This document shows positions 35,549 to 45,290 of a stretch of 64,000 nucleotides of DNA, in pieces. The translations under genes and the position numbers were made by a program. Location: assembly GCA_965116875.1 (NCBI GenBank), contig OZ220733.1, forward strand, positions 448,001 through 512,000. Reading direction: 5' to 3'. This stretch comes from Candidatus Latescibacterota bacterium. Lineage in GTDB: Bacteria > Latescibacterota > UBA2968 > GCA-2709665. Below the pieces are notes generated by a model. It saw only the letters and a program-made list of their open reading frames with translations. It was not told where the DNA came from and made no database searches. The stretch's first letter is position 1; each line of letters starts with the position of its first letter.

Positions 35549-38512
35549 TCAATCTTCCCAGCGTTTGAATCCGGAGTGGACGACCTCAAACGCGTCACCA
35601 GGTTCAAAGTCGTAGCGGAATCCTTTTGAGTAGTCCAGATCATCCACCATACCGCGGACGAAATTTTCATCGCCGACCCGGATCAGCGTCCTGTTGCTTT
35701 CGCGCTCGACGCTTCGGATCCGATAGCAGGCATCGCGTTCATTTTCGTTTCGGATGGAGATGTAAGCGCCTGAAAGGGATCCGTCGGGTGGTGGTTCGGT
35801 TGTGTGGATGACACCGGGCTCGTGGGTGGAGACGATGCCGGTCCAGGCAGCTTCCGACATCCGGAAGCGATGTGACTCAGTGCCCATGACAGTCCCGCCA
35901 ACGAGCAATGACCATTGCGGGCCGATTTTCGACTCCGCAAAGATCCCGAACCTCCCGTTGAAGCAAATGCGGCCGTCTATTATAATGGCGGTGTGCCCGT
36001 CGCCGAAAATGACTGTGTGGACATTTTCGTCCGGAAGGCGGACTCTCAGAGCACGGAGAGCGGGCCCGCCAGGCAGGTCAACCTCTTCAATTTGCACAAT
36101 TTTCCGGTTTCTTCTGAATGCCTCGATGATGCTCAGATAGCCGGAGTCGAGGGGCTGTCCACCCTCGTGGGCGACGATGCCGTAGGTCAGGCGCCGGGGA
36201 TTACCGGGTTTGTTGCGGGGCGGATCTCCGTGACAGAGGGCGATCTCACCAGGGGGATTTATCAAGTTCCATCGCAGGTGAATGTCGGTCGCGTCACCGG
36301 GCGTGGATGATGTAGGGAGCGCCTGCCACGTATCAGCAATGGTCCAGTCGACGGAGACCGTCCCCGCCGCTGCTGCACAACGCTTTACGTCGTAAAGGTA
36401 CTGGAAGCCGCTGCCACTGTAGTTACGTACTTCGCCATCGTAAAATTCTCCGAACTTGACGTCCTCACCAGCATACGTGCCGTTGTCCTGTGGCGTTAAT
36501 TCGAGACCTTCGGTCCTGACGATTCCTTCGGCTGCGTGGAAGAGGAAGTGGTGGGATGAGCCGCCGGAGACCTGGAAGAGGTCTGCTGCATAGAAGTCCG
36601 TATCGGAAATCCGCACCAACGCGCTGGTGCGGCAATAGACCGGGCACTGCGGGTAGACGTCGGTGGACGAAACGGAGACGACCTGAGCTTCCGCTGTGGT
36701 TGCACAGAAGTCGACCTTTCCTGAGTAGCCGCCTTTCTGTTTGCTTCGATCAACAAGGACGGTGTTGTGGGAGACGGTATGGCTGGTCCAGCCTGAGCGT
36801 TTTGGCCATACGCGCGCGTGTTCGGGATAGCCCAGGTCCGGCAGCAGGTCCAATCCGAAGGCGTAAAGGCCAAGATTCAATCGATCCGCATGCCCATGGC
36901 CGGTGTTGCGGCCGTAATAGAGCCACAGGGTGCGTTCGTATTCATCCGCGCCGTCTCTGAGAAGTGCCAGTCCATACCCCGTCATCACGTCAGAATCGAG
37001 GCGGAAGGGCCCGTGCCGCGCTACGGCATCTGTCACGCGACGCCGGATGGCTTCCGGATCCTCGTTGAAGATGCTGCCGTGAATCCGTGTCAGATCTCCG
37101 CCAACGAGGTGGTGCGCAGCCCTGGCGAAAATGGGATCGCCAAACAGCTCCAGGCCTTCCAGACATTGTTCGACGGTGAGACCGCAAAGGTTGAGGTTAC
37201 CCGTCTGGCCCGTGTCGCCAATGTTTGGGATGTACCTGCCCAGACAGATCATGCGGATGTGACCCAGGTACATCTGCTTGTACCGCAGATATCCCCGGAT
37301 GTTGTGACGGGTGTACGAGCGTCGGCATCCAAGTACACGGTCCAGATCGTTCATGCCCTGGGATTTGTGGAGCCAGCCCAGGCTGTAGGACGGCGCGGCT
37401 TCGGAACCGATACCGTCCCGGTCGATTTCTCCCGCGAAAAGTTCCGGAATGTGTCCACCGCTCGGTTTTTGACCGCGCAGTTTGCCGGCCTTGAAGACCC
37501 AGTCCAGCCAGTGGTCGGTATCTTCCGCATCCAGGGCGACGGAGAGGACAGCCATCGTGACCTGGTCGCCGGGTTCGTTTCGGGCGACGTCGCCTGAGAG
37601 GATGGCGGCAATGCCCTCGCGTATGATACGACTCTCAATATGGCGGCACAGTTCGTCCACGTTGTTCTGGGAACACAAACCATGGACGTTCCTTTTGCGG
37701 GAGAGAAACGTGAAGAGCGGGTCGTCGTCCCGCCATGCGGTTCGGACGGTATCATAACATTCCGTAAAGGCGATGAGCAGGCCCGGTTCCCAGATTCGGC
37801 CGTAGATACGACCCCGGCCGCTCAATCCGTCCGAGTTGAAGAATCCGAGTCCGGCCCAGTAGGACCAGTGCATATCGGGATAGACGTCGGCGATTCTGGC
37901 CAGAAGAATTCCGGCTTTGTGAGCGTACGCGGGGTTGCCCGATAGCAGGTATGCCCGCTTCAACCCCTGGCAAGCGGTCCGTATTTCGTTCCAGATACCA
38001 TGGTGTCCATAGACACCAATGAGTTTGAATGACTCTCCGGTATCGTCGATCCAGCCCGTACCGTCGTCCACGCACCAGGTGAAAAGGGGGTCGTTTTTGT
38101 CCGGATGTTCTGTATTGAAGAGCAGGCTGCGGTCGGCTTCATCGGGACGAAAGACACCGTCGGGACCTATGCCGCTCTTGTAAAAGGCGGCATAGTCGTT
38201 GCCAGGAAACCGGCCGCCGCAGTTGGGGCAGGTGATTTTCCAGGGGTCGCGGAAAACGTCGACGTTGAAAGCGCCTCCATAACGATTGATGCCGTCGCCG
38301 CATTGCGGACATCCTTTGGCGACGCTTGCATTGGTGCTGCGACCGGTGGTTTGCCCGGTAACCAGCGACCACAGGGTGTCATCGTCCAGATCAAGCCAGC
38401 GTCGGGCACAATGGACGGCAGCATCCCGCTCGGCGGCAGCCCAGTACATTTGTTCAATGTTGCGGCGTGCGTTGGCGATCTCTTCGGTGGCGATGAAATG
38501 TTCGCCGGGCAT
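35549..38512 (-). CDS. Heparinase II/III-family (oligo-alginate-lyase-like) protein
   Basis: HGHADRLNL.LYA.G.DLLPDLGYP and SHNTVLVD motifs; N-terminal CPQC...CPNC. Confidence 0.85.
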   Translation of the reverse strand: MPGEHFIATEEIANARRNIEQMYWAAAERDAAVHCARRWLDLDDDTLWSLVTGQTTGRSTNASVAKGCPQCGDGINRYGGAFNVDVFRDPWKITCPNCGGRFPGNDYAAFYKSGIGPDGVFRPDEADRSLLFNTEHPDKNDPLFTWCVDDGTGWIDDTGESFKLIGVYGHHGIWNEIRTACQGLKRAYLLSGNPAYAHKAGILLARIADVYPDMHWSYWAGLGFFNSDGLSGRGRIYGRIWEPGLLIAFTECYDTVRTAWRDDDPLFTFLSRKRNVHGLCSQNNVDELCRHIESRIIREGIAAILSGDVARNEPGDQVTMAVLSVALDAEDTDHWLDWVFKAGKLRGQKPSGGHIPELFAGEIDRDGIGSEAAPSYSLGWLHKSQGMNDLDRVLGCRRSYTRHNIRGYLRYKQMYLGHIRMICLGRYIPNIGDTGQTGNLNLCGLTVEQCLEGLELFGDPIFARAAHHLVGGDLTRIHGSIFNEDPEAIRRRVTDAVARHGPFRLDSDVMTGYGLALLRDGADEYERTLWLYYGRNTGHGHADRLNLGLYAFGLDLLPDLGYPEHARVWPKRSGWTSHTVSHNTVLVDRSKQKGGYSGKVDFCATTAEAQVVSVSSTDVYPQCPVYCRTSALVRISDTDFYAADLFQVSGGSSHHFLFHAAEGIVRTEGLELTPQDNGTYAGEDVKFGEFYDGEVRNYSGSGFQYLYDVKRCAAAAGTVSVDWTIADTWQALPTSSTPGDATDIHLRWNLINPPGEIALCHGDPPRNKPGNPRRLTYGIVAHEGGQPLDSGYLSIIEAFRRNRKIVQIEEVDLPGGPALRALRVRLPDENVHTVIFGDGHTAIIIDGRICFNGRFGIFAESKIGPQWSLLVGGTVMGTESHRFRMSEAAWTGIVSTHEPGVIHTTEPPPDGSLSGAYISIRNENERDACYRIRSVERESNRTLIRVGDENFVRGMVDDLDYSKGFRYDFEPGDAFEVVHSGFKRWED

Positions 38513-38648
38513 GGGGCACCTTGAAAGACGGGGACTCGAGGGTGTCACTCAGGATAGCGCTCAAGCGGCGGCAGGACACGCGACGTCCCTCTCCCGGCCG
38601 GAGAGAAGGTGGCCATCGGATGACGTTTCGGTGCAGTTGATTCGAGCA

Positions 38649-40184
38649 TCAAGCAAGATCCCTGAGTATTTCCTGCGCGGCATTGTGGCCCGGAATGCCG
38701 CTCACTTCGCCACCGGGATGCTGTCCCGCACCGCAAAGGTACAGGCCTCGATGCGGGGCGCGATACTGCGAGAGTTCAGGAAGGGGCCGGTTCCAGAAAA
38801 GATGTTCGCCGGCATGTTGCACGTGCCAGATGCAACCGTCCGTCAGGCCGTTCTCACGTTCGATGTCGTGCGGCGTCCGGAAGATATAGCTTCGAATGGA
38901 GGACCTGAAATTGGGAGCAAATTCCGTGATCTGCTCGATGATTCCATCGGCGATCTCGTCCCGGACGTCGTCCCATGCACCCTGCCGGAGCCTCGCGGGC
39001 GCGGGATAGATCCACACGGAGGCGGTGTGATAGCCGGGTTGGGTGAGGGTGGGGTCCGCGAACGAGGGCATCGAAAAACTGATGACGGGTCTGCGTACCG
39101 GCAGGCCTGCATCCAGCTCATCGTACGCCGCGTCGACCTCCGGCCTCGATGCATTCAGGGTGATCGCGCCCCGGTAGGGCTGTTCAGGATCTCCATCCCA
39201 AAACCTCCATTGCGGGGCTTCGCTGATAACGGCGAGCAGCTTATAACAGCTCACGTGGGTGATCAGACCCTCGAGGCGCTTGCGCAGCCTGCCGTTAACC
39301 GATCCGGCGGGCATGAGTCTGAGGAACGTGCGCTTGGGGTCCAGGTTGGAGACGGTGATTCGGCTGCGGACTTCCCGTTCGTCTTCCAGTCGAACGCCGA
39401 TAACGGCGTTTTCTTCTACGAGGAACTCTTCTACGCCGGCGTCGAGATGGATGGCCGCGCCGGCTTCTCGCGCCGCGTCGGCGATGGCATCGCTAACGGC
39501 GCCCATTCCGCCCTCAACGTAGCCGTAGGGATGGGCCTCGCCGGTTTCGGCGTCCGGGCGGTTGATGGAACCGTAGGCAAAGTGAAGTCCCAGGGGATTT
39601 CGGCCCACGGCGGCGCCTTCCGTTGCGTAGAGATCCTTCAGGTGGTCGGTGGACAGGAATTCGTCCTGAAGTTCCCGGATTCGCGTGGAAACAGCCCTTT
39701 CGAGCACGCGGGCCGACGGGGTGCCCGCGATCGCCGAGCGTACATCCTCCAGCGGTGGGGGCGCCTGAAACCTGTAAGGGGTCACGATGTCCGAGAGTGT
39801 CCGCTTGAATTCACCGTAACGGCGGGTGTCCGCGCGTTCGCTGCTGGTGAGGCGGCTCCGGTGGGTTCGATTCCTGGGTGAGTCGTGATCCGATGGTCCA
39901 TGATACGTGCCGTCGGGACGCAGGCGGATGTATCCCTCGCGGGGAAGCATTTTCATCCCGCGTTCGTAGAGATCGAGGTCCCGTATGATTCTGGGAGGCA
40001 GGCCGTGGATCATGTGAGCACAGGTTGAAAAATGAAACCCCGGCCAGAGTTCTTCGGTGATTGAGGCGCCGCCCGCAAAAGACCGGCGCTCGAACACGCT
40101 GACGTCGAGCCCCGCTCTTGCCAGGTAGGCGGCGGCAGTCAGGCCGTTGTGGCCGGCGCCGACGACGATGACATCCGTATCCAT
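38649..40184 (-). CDS. Phytoene-desaturase-family (PYROXD2-like) FAD oxidoreductase
   Basis: GAGHNGL..A.YL, GGA..TEE, GGMG and GLYLCG..QHPGG..SG.PG.NAA motifs. Confidence 0.92.
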   Translation of the reverse strand: MDTDVIVVGAGHNGLTAAAYLARAGLDVSVFERRSFAGGASITEELWPGFHFSTCAHMIHGLPPRIIRDLDLYERGMKMLPREGYIRLRPDGTYHGPSDHDSPRNRTHRSRLTSSERADTRRYGEFKRTLSDIVTPYRFQAPPPLEDVRSAIAGTPSARVLERAVSTRIRELQDEFLSTDHLKDLYATEGAAVGRNPLGLHFAYGSINRPDAETGEAHPYGYVEGGMGAVSDAIADAAREAGAAIHLDAGVEEFLVEENAVIGVRLEDEREVRSRITVSNLDPKRTFLRLMPAGSVNGRLRKRLEGLITHVSCYKLLAVISEAPQWRFWDGDPEQPYRGAITLNASRPEVDAAYDELDAGLPVRRPVISFSMPSFADPTLTQPGYHTASVWIYPAPARLRQGAWDDVRDEIADGIIEQITEFAPNFRSSIRSYIFRTPHDIERENGLTDGCIWHVQHAGEHLFWNRPLPELSQYRAPHRGLYLCGAGQHPGGEVSGIPGHNAAQEILRDLA

Positions 40185-40228
40185 AAAACCGTTCCCCTCG
40201 ATGTGAACCGACCCGAACGCGCGCTGCG

Positions 40229-40291
40229 AACAGTCCGTTGATAAAGTCGCTCTGCAGGCGAGGCCGGATGGGCTTTTTCAACGGGCTGCTA
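40229..40291. repeat. Family B repeat copy (short form, reverse orientation)
   Basis: AACAGTCCGTTGATAAAGTCGC...CCGGATGGGCTTTTTCAACGGGCTGCTA. Confidence 0.8.
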
Positions 40292-41815
40292 AACCGGGCG
40301 GTCCCTTGAAATGAAGCGTGGCCGCAACCTTGCGGTAACGTGCGGATTGCGAGACGCCTCACCAGCGACTCCGTTCGAGGCGTCGACGTATGCCTTCAGG
40401 TGCGTTAAGGCGTTTCCGCTGTCGATGGCGTCCCTGGCGCGTTCGACGGCCGTTGACGGGTCGACATCAAATCCAAGCAGATGATCTTTCATTGCTGCGT
40501 TGAGCACGATCTGGTCGTAGACCCAGCCTCTATTCCCGGAAAGAGCGGAAAGGCCCGTTCCGGCAAAGGCGTCTGCACACACGGCTTCGGGTCGAGGCTG
40601 ACTGTCGTACCTGAATCCGGCTGCCGCCGGGTCGACGTCGCGATCGTACGTTTCAGTTCGTCCGTCGCCGGTCCGGAAACCCCTTACGTTGTTGATGGCC
40701 TTCCGTCCGCCGTCGGAGGGTTTGCCCAGCCGCAGCCCCAGCGAACTGCCGCCCTCCATTCCCTTCACGACAAGGCATGAGTGGAGACCCCGGTCCGCTG
40801 CCAGTTGAAGGAACATATCCTCGTACCCCGGATGGTAATAGCCCACCACCATGTGGTTTTCACCCGGGCACGTGAAGAGTTGCTGGGCCTTTTCCGTTGC
40901 CGCCCAGGGAGGCCGTTTGCCGATATGCGCGCGGAGTTCCCTGGTTGCGTACGCCGACGGCGAGAAGATGCGCTGGCTGACGTAGGCAAAACCCACGTGC
41001 GGTTTCTCGATCAGTTCTCCGGCATGTTCCAGAGAGAGATCGACGTTCGCCCCCAGCGCTTTCAGGAGCTGTTCGTCGGTGACTCCCCATTTCGGCGGCA
41101 TTCCATCCACGCCGTGCAGTACCGTCGGGCGTCCGAGCGCGGCCCTGACCGCCGCGACGAAAAGGGTCGGCCGGAAGTATCTGTTCGATCCGTCGTAGGG
41201 TTCACCGAAATGGGTGAGCGAGCCGACGTTCAGCTCCACAACGCCGGACGGGTCAAACGCGGCGTCCAGGTATCCGCGCGCCTCGTCGTATGTCTCGCGA
41301 TTCATCCGCTGTCCGATGAGCGCAGCGCCATTGAGCGCTGCTCGCCCATGTCGGCCAAGTATGACGCCGCACATCCGGCGTGTCTCGACATAACTCAGGT
41401 GATCACCGGCGAGGATCTTACGGAGAGAGGATATGAGAACCGCTTCCTGATCGTTTTTCGCTTTCAGCTTCGAGGAGGGTTCCAGTAGAAAAAGAACCTC
41501 CGTCGGCAGGCTTTGACGGAGGGCCTCACGATTCCCTTCAAACGCTTCGGTTTCGGCGCAACTCCACCGGGTCCGTGGAGGAAATCCGCGCCGCAGCGCC
41601 ATGGCGACGAAGAAAGCACCCATCTGGACAGGCGATACACGTATCGTATCAGGGTATTCCTCTCTGACGGAACGCAGAATCAGTTCCAGAATGCGGCCCG
41701 GCCGGGGGTCGGCGGGTTTTACGCCCAACGGCCGGGACTGATGAGGTCCGGTGCAGACGCGGGATTGGGCTTCCAGCACTTCCGGGTTCGGACCCGTGTA
41801 GCGTTCAGTCGTCAT
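40289..41815 (-). CDS. Anthranilate-phosphoribosyltransferase-like (TrpD2/YbiB-type) protein
   Basis: QMGAFF, GEPYDG, LHG...MPPK.G, R..IGKRP and KGMEG motifs; lacks the TrpD GTGGD motif. Confidence 0.8.
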   Translation of the reverse strand: MTTERYTGPNPEVLEAQSRVCTGPHQSRPLGVKPADPRPGRILELILRSVREEYPDTIRVSPVQMGAFFVAMALRRGFPPRTRWSCAETEAFEGNREALRQSLPTEVLFLLEPSSKLKAKNDQEAVLISSLRKILAGDHLSYVETRRMCGVILGRHGRAALNGAALIGQRMNRETYDEARGYLDAAFDPSGVVELNVGSLTHFGEPYDGSNRYFRPTLFVAAVRAALGRPTVLHGVDGMPPKWGVTDEQLLKALGANVDLSLEHAGELIEKPHVGFAYVSQRIFSPSAYATRELRAHIGKRPPWAATEKAQQLFTCPGENHMVVGYYHPGYEDMFLQLAADRGLHSCLVVKGMEGGSSLGLRLGKPSDGGRKAINNVRGFRTGDGRTETYDRDVDPAAAGFRYDSQPRPEAVCADAFAGTGLSALSGNRGWVYDQIVLNAAMKDHLLGFDVDPSTAVERARDAIDSGNALTHLKAYVDASNGVAGEASRNPHVTARLRPRFISRDRPV

Positions 41816-42045
41816 GGCAAACATTTCCTCAGGTGAAATAAAGCCGGCGATAGTATACAAGAATTCCGGTGTGCCATCAAGCGGGGCGGGCTGTGCCTCC
41901 AATCTCCGGGCAAAGTGACCGGACCGACGGAGGACTTCCGGCCCGGAGCGTATCGGGACTGAAAAAACGGTTTGCACGTACCGTGTTTTTTGTTAAATAA
42001 GACGTGTTCGACGCAATGTGGAACATCGCTGTACCGGGATCGAAA

Positions 42046-42876
42046 ATGACGGCATTCCGACTGGCGTGGTGTCTGTGCATATTGGGTTCGGCGAATACAC
42101 GGCTTCATGCCGAACCCGTCAGGGTGTACGCCGCGGCCAGTCTGATCGGTTCCCTGAAGCGGATTGAGGAGATATTCGAAAGGGAATCTGATCTGGAGAT
42201 CCGCTATTCGTTCGCCGCGTCTTCCACGTTGGCAAGGCAGATCGAACGGGGGGCGCCTGCCGATGTCTACATCTCCGCGAATCCGGCGTGGATGGCTTAC
42301 CTGGAGACACGCGGGCTGATTCGCCGGGATACGCGGACCGACCTGCTCGGCAACTCGCTGGTGATTGTGGCGCCCGGCGGAGAGGGGTTCCCTATTGAGT
42401 GGGAGAAGAATTTCGGCTTTGCCGCGGCGTTCGAGGGGCCGCTTGCGGTAGCGGACCCGGAACTCGTTCCGGCCGGTATCTACGCAAAGCAGGCGCTCGT
42501 CCGCCTGGGATGGTGGGGGAAATTGAGGGACCGTGTGGCCGTCGCGCAGGACGTGCGCGCGGCGCTCGCGTTCGTGGAGCAGGGCGCCTGCGCCGCAGGC
42601 ATCGTATACGCGACCGACGCCGCCTCCAGCGACGGGGTGGACGTACTGGCCGCCTTTCCGGCCGAAACCCATGACGCAATCGTTTATCCGGTTGCGATCG
42701 TGAACGGGCGGGACAGCGCGAATACCCGGCGCTTTGTGGACTTCCTGAAGTCGGCGCCGGCTCTCGGGGTATTCCGGGAAGATGGCTTTCTGGTTCCGCC
42801 TCCCGCAGAAAGGCCAGCCGACCCGCACGGGAACGATGCATCGCGCGGTGTGCCGATGTTCGCGACCGCGCGATAG
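42046..42876 (+). CDS. modA: Molybdate ABC transporter substrate-binding protein
   Basis: YAAASL, AASSTLARQIE.GAPAD, VPAG.YA and GIVYATD motifs. Confidence 0.95.
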   Translation: MTAFRLAWCLCILGSANTRLHAEPVRVYAAASLIGSLKRIEEIFERESDLEIRYSFAASSTLARQIERGAPADVYISANPAWMAYLETRGLIRRDTRTDLLGNSLVIVAPGGEGFPIEWEKNFGFAAAFEGPLAVADPELVPAGIYAKQALVRLGWWGKLRDRVAVAQDVRAALAFVEQGACAAGIVYATDAASSDGVDVLAAFPAETHDAIVYPVAIVNGRDSANTRRFVDFLKSAPALGVFREDGFLVPPPAERPADPHGNDASRGVPMFATAR

Positions 42877-42985
42877 CGGCTGTCCGCCAACGGAATCATG
42901 ACTCATTGGAGCCGGTCACCCACCCGGCGGCGGATCGCCGGCATCGGGGATTCCTTCGCATTCAGACCGGAAAGGGCCGAACGGC

Positions 42986-44107
42986 ATGTCAGTCCTGGAA
43001 AGGTTGAATATCGGTGTTGCGGGAGCGGCGGGCAGAGGCGGGAGTTTTCGGGCGGCCATTGACGCGCATCCCGCCGCCCGGCTGCATGCCGTGTGCGATA
43101 TCCGGGAGGACATGCTCGATGCGGCGGCAGAAAGGCTGGGCGCATCGGAGACCTATTCGGACTACGGGAAAATGCTGGAAAAGTCCGACCTGGATGCCGT
43201 GATTATCGGCACGCCGATGCAGTTCCACGCGCCACAGGCGATCGCGGCCCTGGAGTCGGGCGTCCACGTGCTGAGCGAGGTGACGGCCGCGGTTTCGGTG
43301 GACGAGTGCAAACGTCTGGTCGCCGCAGCCGTCGACACCACCGCGTTATACATGATGGCCGAGAATTTCACGTATATGAAACCCAATGTACTCGTGAAAG
43401 AACTGGTGAGGCGCGGGCTGTTCGGCGAGGTCTATTACGCGGAGGGTGAGTATGTCCACGAGTTGAAGGGATTGAACGAGGTGACAACCTGGCGCCGGAA
43501 GTGGCAGACCGGGATCGACGGCGTCACCTACGGCACGCACAGCCTGGGCCCGATCCTCCAATGGATGGCGGGCGACCGGGTGGCGCGGGTCTGCTGCGAA
43601 GGCAGCGGACATCATTACGAGGATCCCAGAGGGAACCCATACGAGAATCAGGATTCCTGCGTGATGCTGTGCAAGACCGTCAGGGGATCACTGATCAAAA
43701 TACGTGTCGACATGCTGTCGGACCGCCCTCACTCCATGGCGAACTACGCCCTTCAGGGCACCACGGGTTGTTACGAGTCCGCACGCGCCAGGGCGGAGGC
43801 GAACCGGATCTGGCTCGCGGATCTGTGCGAAGACCGGAATACATGGATGGATCTGTCGGAGCTGGAAGAAGAATACATGCCGGAGATCTGGCGCGATCCG
43901 TCCGAAGAAGCGCTGCAGGCGGGCCACGGGGGTGGGGATTATTTCGAGATTCTGGACTTCGTGAACGCCATCGAAGGAACGGCGCCGTGCCCGATCGGGA
44001 TCCACGAGGCCATGGACATGACGCTTCCCGGCCTGATCAGCCAGGCATCCATCGCGAATGGCGGCGCGTGGCTGGACGTTCCGGATTCGAGAGTCTGGGT
44101 GAAGTGA
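42986..44107 (+). CDS. Gfo/Idh/MocA family oxidoreductase
   Basis: Rossmann N-terminus; TP..H, LSEV, MMAEN, EGEY.H and GHGGGD motifs. Confidence 0.9.
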   Translation: MSVLERLNIGVAGAAGRGGSFRAAIDAHPAARLHAVCDIREDMLDAAAERLGASETYSDYGKMLEKSDLDAVIIGTPMQFHAPQAIAALESGVHVLSEVTAAVSVDECKRLVAAAVDTTALYMMAENFTYMKPNVLVKELVRRGLFGEVYYAEGEYVHELKGLNEVTTWRRKWQTGIDGVTYGTHSLGPILQWMAGDRVARVCCEGSGHHYEDPRGNPYENQDSCVMLCKTVRGSLIKIRVDMLSDRPHSMANYALQGTTGCYESARARAEANRIWLADLCEDRNTWMDLSELEEEYMPEIWRDPSEEALQAGHGGGDYFEILDFVNAIEGTAPCPIGIHEAMDMTLPGLISQASIANGGAWLDVPDSRVWVK

Positions 44108-44155
44108 AAAAGCGGAGGGGCCCCGAACTCGCGGCCGATTCACTCCCCTGTAATC

Positions 44156-44944
44156 TTACGACGGACCGGGCGTCAATGCGCCCGCGCCGAAAATGACCGG
44201 GAATGCACTGCCGCGCGCGGACTTTGTTGCCGCATGCATGTAACAGGCGCTGAACGCCCTGCGGGGAACGTCCGTGCGATTTGTACCGGAACTGTGTAAC
44301 AGCCAATTGTGCAGGAGAACGACTTCGCCCTCGTCGAGTTCCAGATAGATGTGCCTTGCGCTTCGCGTCCGTTCGTCAATCTGCTGGGGACTCAGGAACC
44401 CACTCGCGTTGTCGGGGTTGACGAGGCCCCATTTGTGAGACCCGGGGATGATTCTGACGCAGCCGTTTCCCACCGTGGCCGGATCCAAAGCCGTCCAGAC
44501 GGTAACGAGGGGATCCCGGTCCAGGTCGGTCCAGCGGTCCTGGTGCCAGGTCAGGTCGTGGCCCTTCCCGGCCGGTTTGTTCATAAACATGGCGCGGAAG
44601 CAGGCCACCGGCGCATTCGTCCCGTAAACACCGGCGCAGATGCTCCGAAACAGCGGTTTCTGCATATACGCGAGGAACAGACTGTCAAACTCCAGGTCCT
44701 GAATTTTCCGGTAGTTCAAAGTGGCGCCCTTATGCCCCGTGGTCTGGGGTCCCGGGCCATCCCGGCCTTCAACGACGTCCAGTTGCATCAGCATACGGCT
44801 GTAGTCCGATGGGGCCACGCCCAGCATGATGTCGTCGATGCGCTGCTTCAGGGCATCCAGTTCGGCGGCGCCTGCTACCCTGCCGAGATGGAGATAGCCC
44901 TTACTCCGGAATTGTTCCCACTGTTCGTCCGTGAGGCGGTCCAT
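44156..44944 (-). CDS. Phytanoyl-CoA dioxygenase (PhyH) family 2OG-Fe(II) oxygenase
   Basis: WHQD, WTALD.AT..NGC..IPGSH and H.S..N...R motifs. Confidence 0.92.
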   Translation of the reverse strand: MDRLTDEQWEQFRSKGYLHLGRVAGAAELDALKQRIDDIMLGVAPSDYSRMLMQLDVVEGRDGPGPQTTGHKGATLNYRKIQDLEFDSLFLAYMQKPLFRSICAGVYGTNAPVACFRAMFMNKPAGKGHDLTWHQDRWTDLDRDPLVTVWTALDPATVGNGCVRIIPGSHKWGLVNPDNASGFLSPQQIDERTRSARHIYLELDEGEVVLLHNWLLHSSGTNRTDVPRRAFSACYMHAATKSARGSAFPVIFGAGALTPGPS

Positions 44945-45020
44945 ATCGCACCCTGCGTATGTGGCGGAAGATTCCCCGTACTCCGGCACTGCGAAGAAAA
45001 AACGGGAATAACGTCACCGT

Positions 45021-45217
45021 TAGCCTCAATTCCGCAATAGCCGCAACGCGGCACCGCGGCGATACCCTTCAAAACGGACCGAAATGGTCGTCAGGAAGGA
45101 CATTTTATCCGTTCACGTCCAGCGTCCTGGTTTATCCTGTTAATCAGCAGTTGAATCGCCTTTATTAACTCGCACATATTCGAATGAACATCCCCGAAAA
45201 CTGATGAATCATGGTCA
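45021..45217. mobile_element. MITE-like repeat family C, copy 2 (197 bp, inverted relative to copy 1)
   Basis: TAGCCTCAATTCCGCAATAG...GAATCATGGTCA; its reverse complement aligns end-to-end with 25970-26164. Confidence 0.85.
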
Positions 45218-45290
45218 GTTGAGGGCGGGACGCTGGACGGAAAATAAATAAAATCGGATCGCAGATCAAGCGACCCGCGAGGAGCGGCCA

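Noticed and set aside
38286-39881. 531-aa plus-strand ORF
   Set aside because: Antisense shadow of the phytoene-desaturase-like and heparinase genes.
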